Origin: Candidatus Latescibacterota bacterium
Lineage (GTDB): Bacteria; Latescibacterota; UBA2968
Reading direction: 5' to 3'
Assembly: GCA_965205975.1 (NCBI GenBank)
Contig: OZ242195.1
Coordinates: 1,776,643 to 1,840,642, forward strand
Length of the DNA stretch: 64,000 bases
The notes under the pieces are model-generated. The model worked only from the letters and a program-made list of their open reading frames with translations. It was not told the DNA's origin and did no database searches. A program made the translations under genes and the position numbers. Below are positions 63,677-64,000 of this stretch, one piece after another. Every line of letters starts with the position of its first letter. Position 1 is the stretch's first letter.

Positions 63677-64000
63677 TTGGACGATCCTTGGCCAGCAATC
63701 TTTATAACCATCGCTTCTATTCTCCTGACAGCAGCTTTCTCCAGGCTCGGATCAATTGTTGTTTCGCGCACAACTCTCGAACGCCTTCACGAAGAAAAAA
63801 TAGGACGTGCAGGGCTCTACCTCTGGCTCTATCGCTCCCGCGATTTTGTGTCACAAATGGTTTTGCTCGGTCAGACAATCGCCATATCTATAGGCGCTCT
63901 GGCACTGTTTTCCATTCTTTTTCAGACGTTAAAACCGGGTTTCTGGCTATATCCCAGTGCAGCATTGCTCATCGCACTTTATGTATTTATCGCCCTGGTC
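63677..64000 (+). CDS. CNNM/DUF21-domain hemolysin-family protein (CorC/TlyC-like), 5' part only, runs off the window
   Basis: Open frame to the window end encoding TM-rich LDDPWPAIFITIASILLTAAFS.... AAGGAG at 63661-66. The start may be TTG 63677 or GTG 63668. Position after ybeY matches the conserved phoH-ybeY-corC order. Confidence 0.65.
   Translation, partial: MDDPWPAIFITIASILLTAAFSRLGSIVVSRTTLERLHEEKIGRAGLYLWLYRSRDFVSQMVLLGQTIAISIGALALFSILFQTLKPGFWLYPSAALLIALYVFIALV

Overview
Bacterial chromosomal window with intermediate GC (judged by eye, not computed), about 60 genes mostly on the minus strand, one tRNA-Gly(GCC) and no rRNA or CRISPR array. All product calls rest on motifs read from the supplied translations; no database search was possible.

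Layout:
- 0.1-6.6 kb: envelope and metabolic genes (LpoB-like lipoprotein, OM beta-barrel, ROK kinase, beta-propeller protein, gamma-glutamyltransferase, M20 deacylase).
- 6.7-8.8 kb: small accessory patch with an HNH endonuclease, a solo IS inverted-repeat relic, and two paralogous tail-anchored coiled-coil genes bracketing a MoaD/ThiS-like gene.
- 8.8-27 kb: catabolic and transport genes (molybdenum hydroxylase large subunit, HIBADH-type dehydrogenase, FGGY kinase, hyuA-hyuB plus an ABC exporter, class V aminotransferase, rhomboid, CrtI-like oxidoreductase, FNR, Ldh_2, VOC).
- 25.8-36.3 kb: Opp/Dpp-type peptide ABC operon that is heavily remodelled. It has an HpcH aldolase inserted, a frameshifted oppC, a nucleotidyltransferase/antitoxin-like pair flanked by a duplicated oppB 5' end, a truncated four-helix-bundle gene, and a 608-aa membrane-anchored protein built from 19.5 copies of a 21-aa (63-bp) heptad repeat.
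- 36.3-40.5 kb: AT-rich cassette holding a 556-aa unknown protein, an IS982-like insertion with a 9-bp target duplication, a PIN nuclease and a 45-aa antitoxin-like ORF, followed by a phospholipase-C-like gene. Removing the IS in silico restores overlapping stop/start codons between the 556-aa gene and the PIN gene. I consider this the best candidate for an undescribed toxin/defence-type module.
- 42.3-50.0 kb: second AT-rich island with two Cys-rich zinc-ribbon proteins and a T1SS-like set (REC-AraC regulator, HlyD adaptor, CPBP protease, Gly-rich 120-aa protein, ABC exporter, coupled 73-aa ORF).
- 50.1-53.9 kb: heterodimer-type ABC exporter pair.
- 54-64 kb: housekeeping block (RNase HII fused to a YraN-family nuclease, hisS, aspS, lipoprotein, LysM protein, phoH-pgpH-ybeY-corC-like).

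A recurrent unexplained signal is a set of short tandem repeat arrays (8-nt ACGAATCA/ACGAATAG units and 10-nt ACGCAGATGN-type units). They sit in intercistronic spacers and over the 3' ends of several genes.
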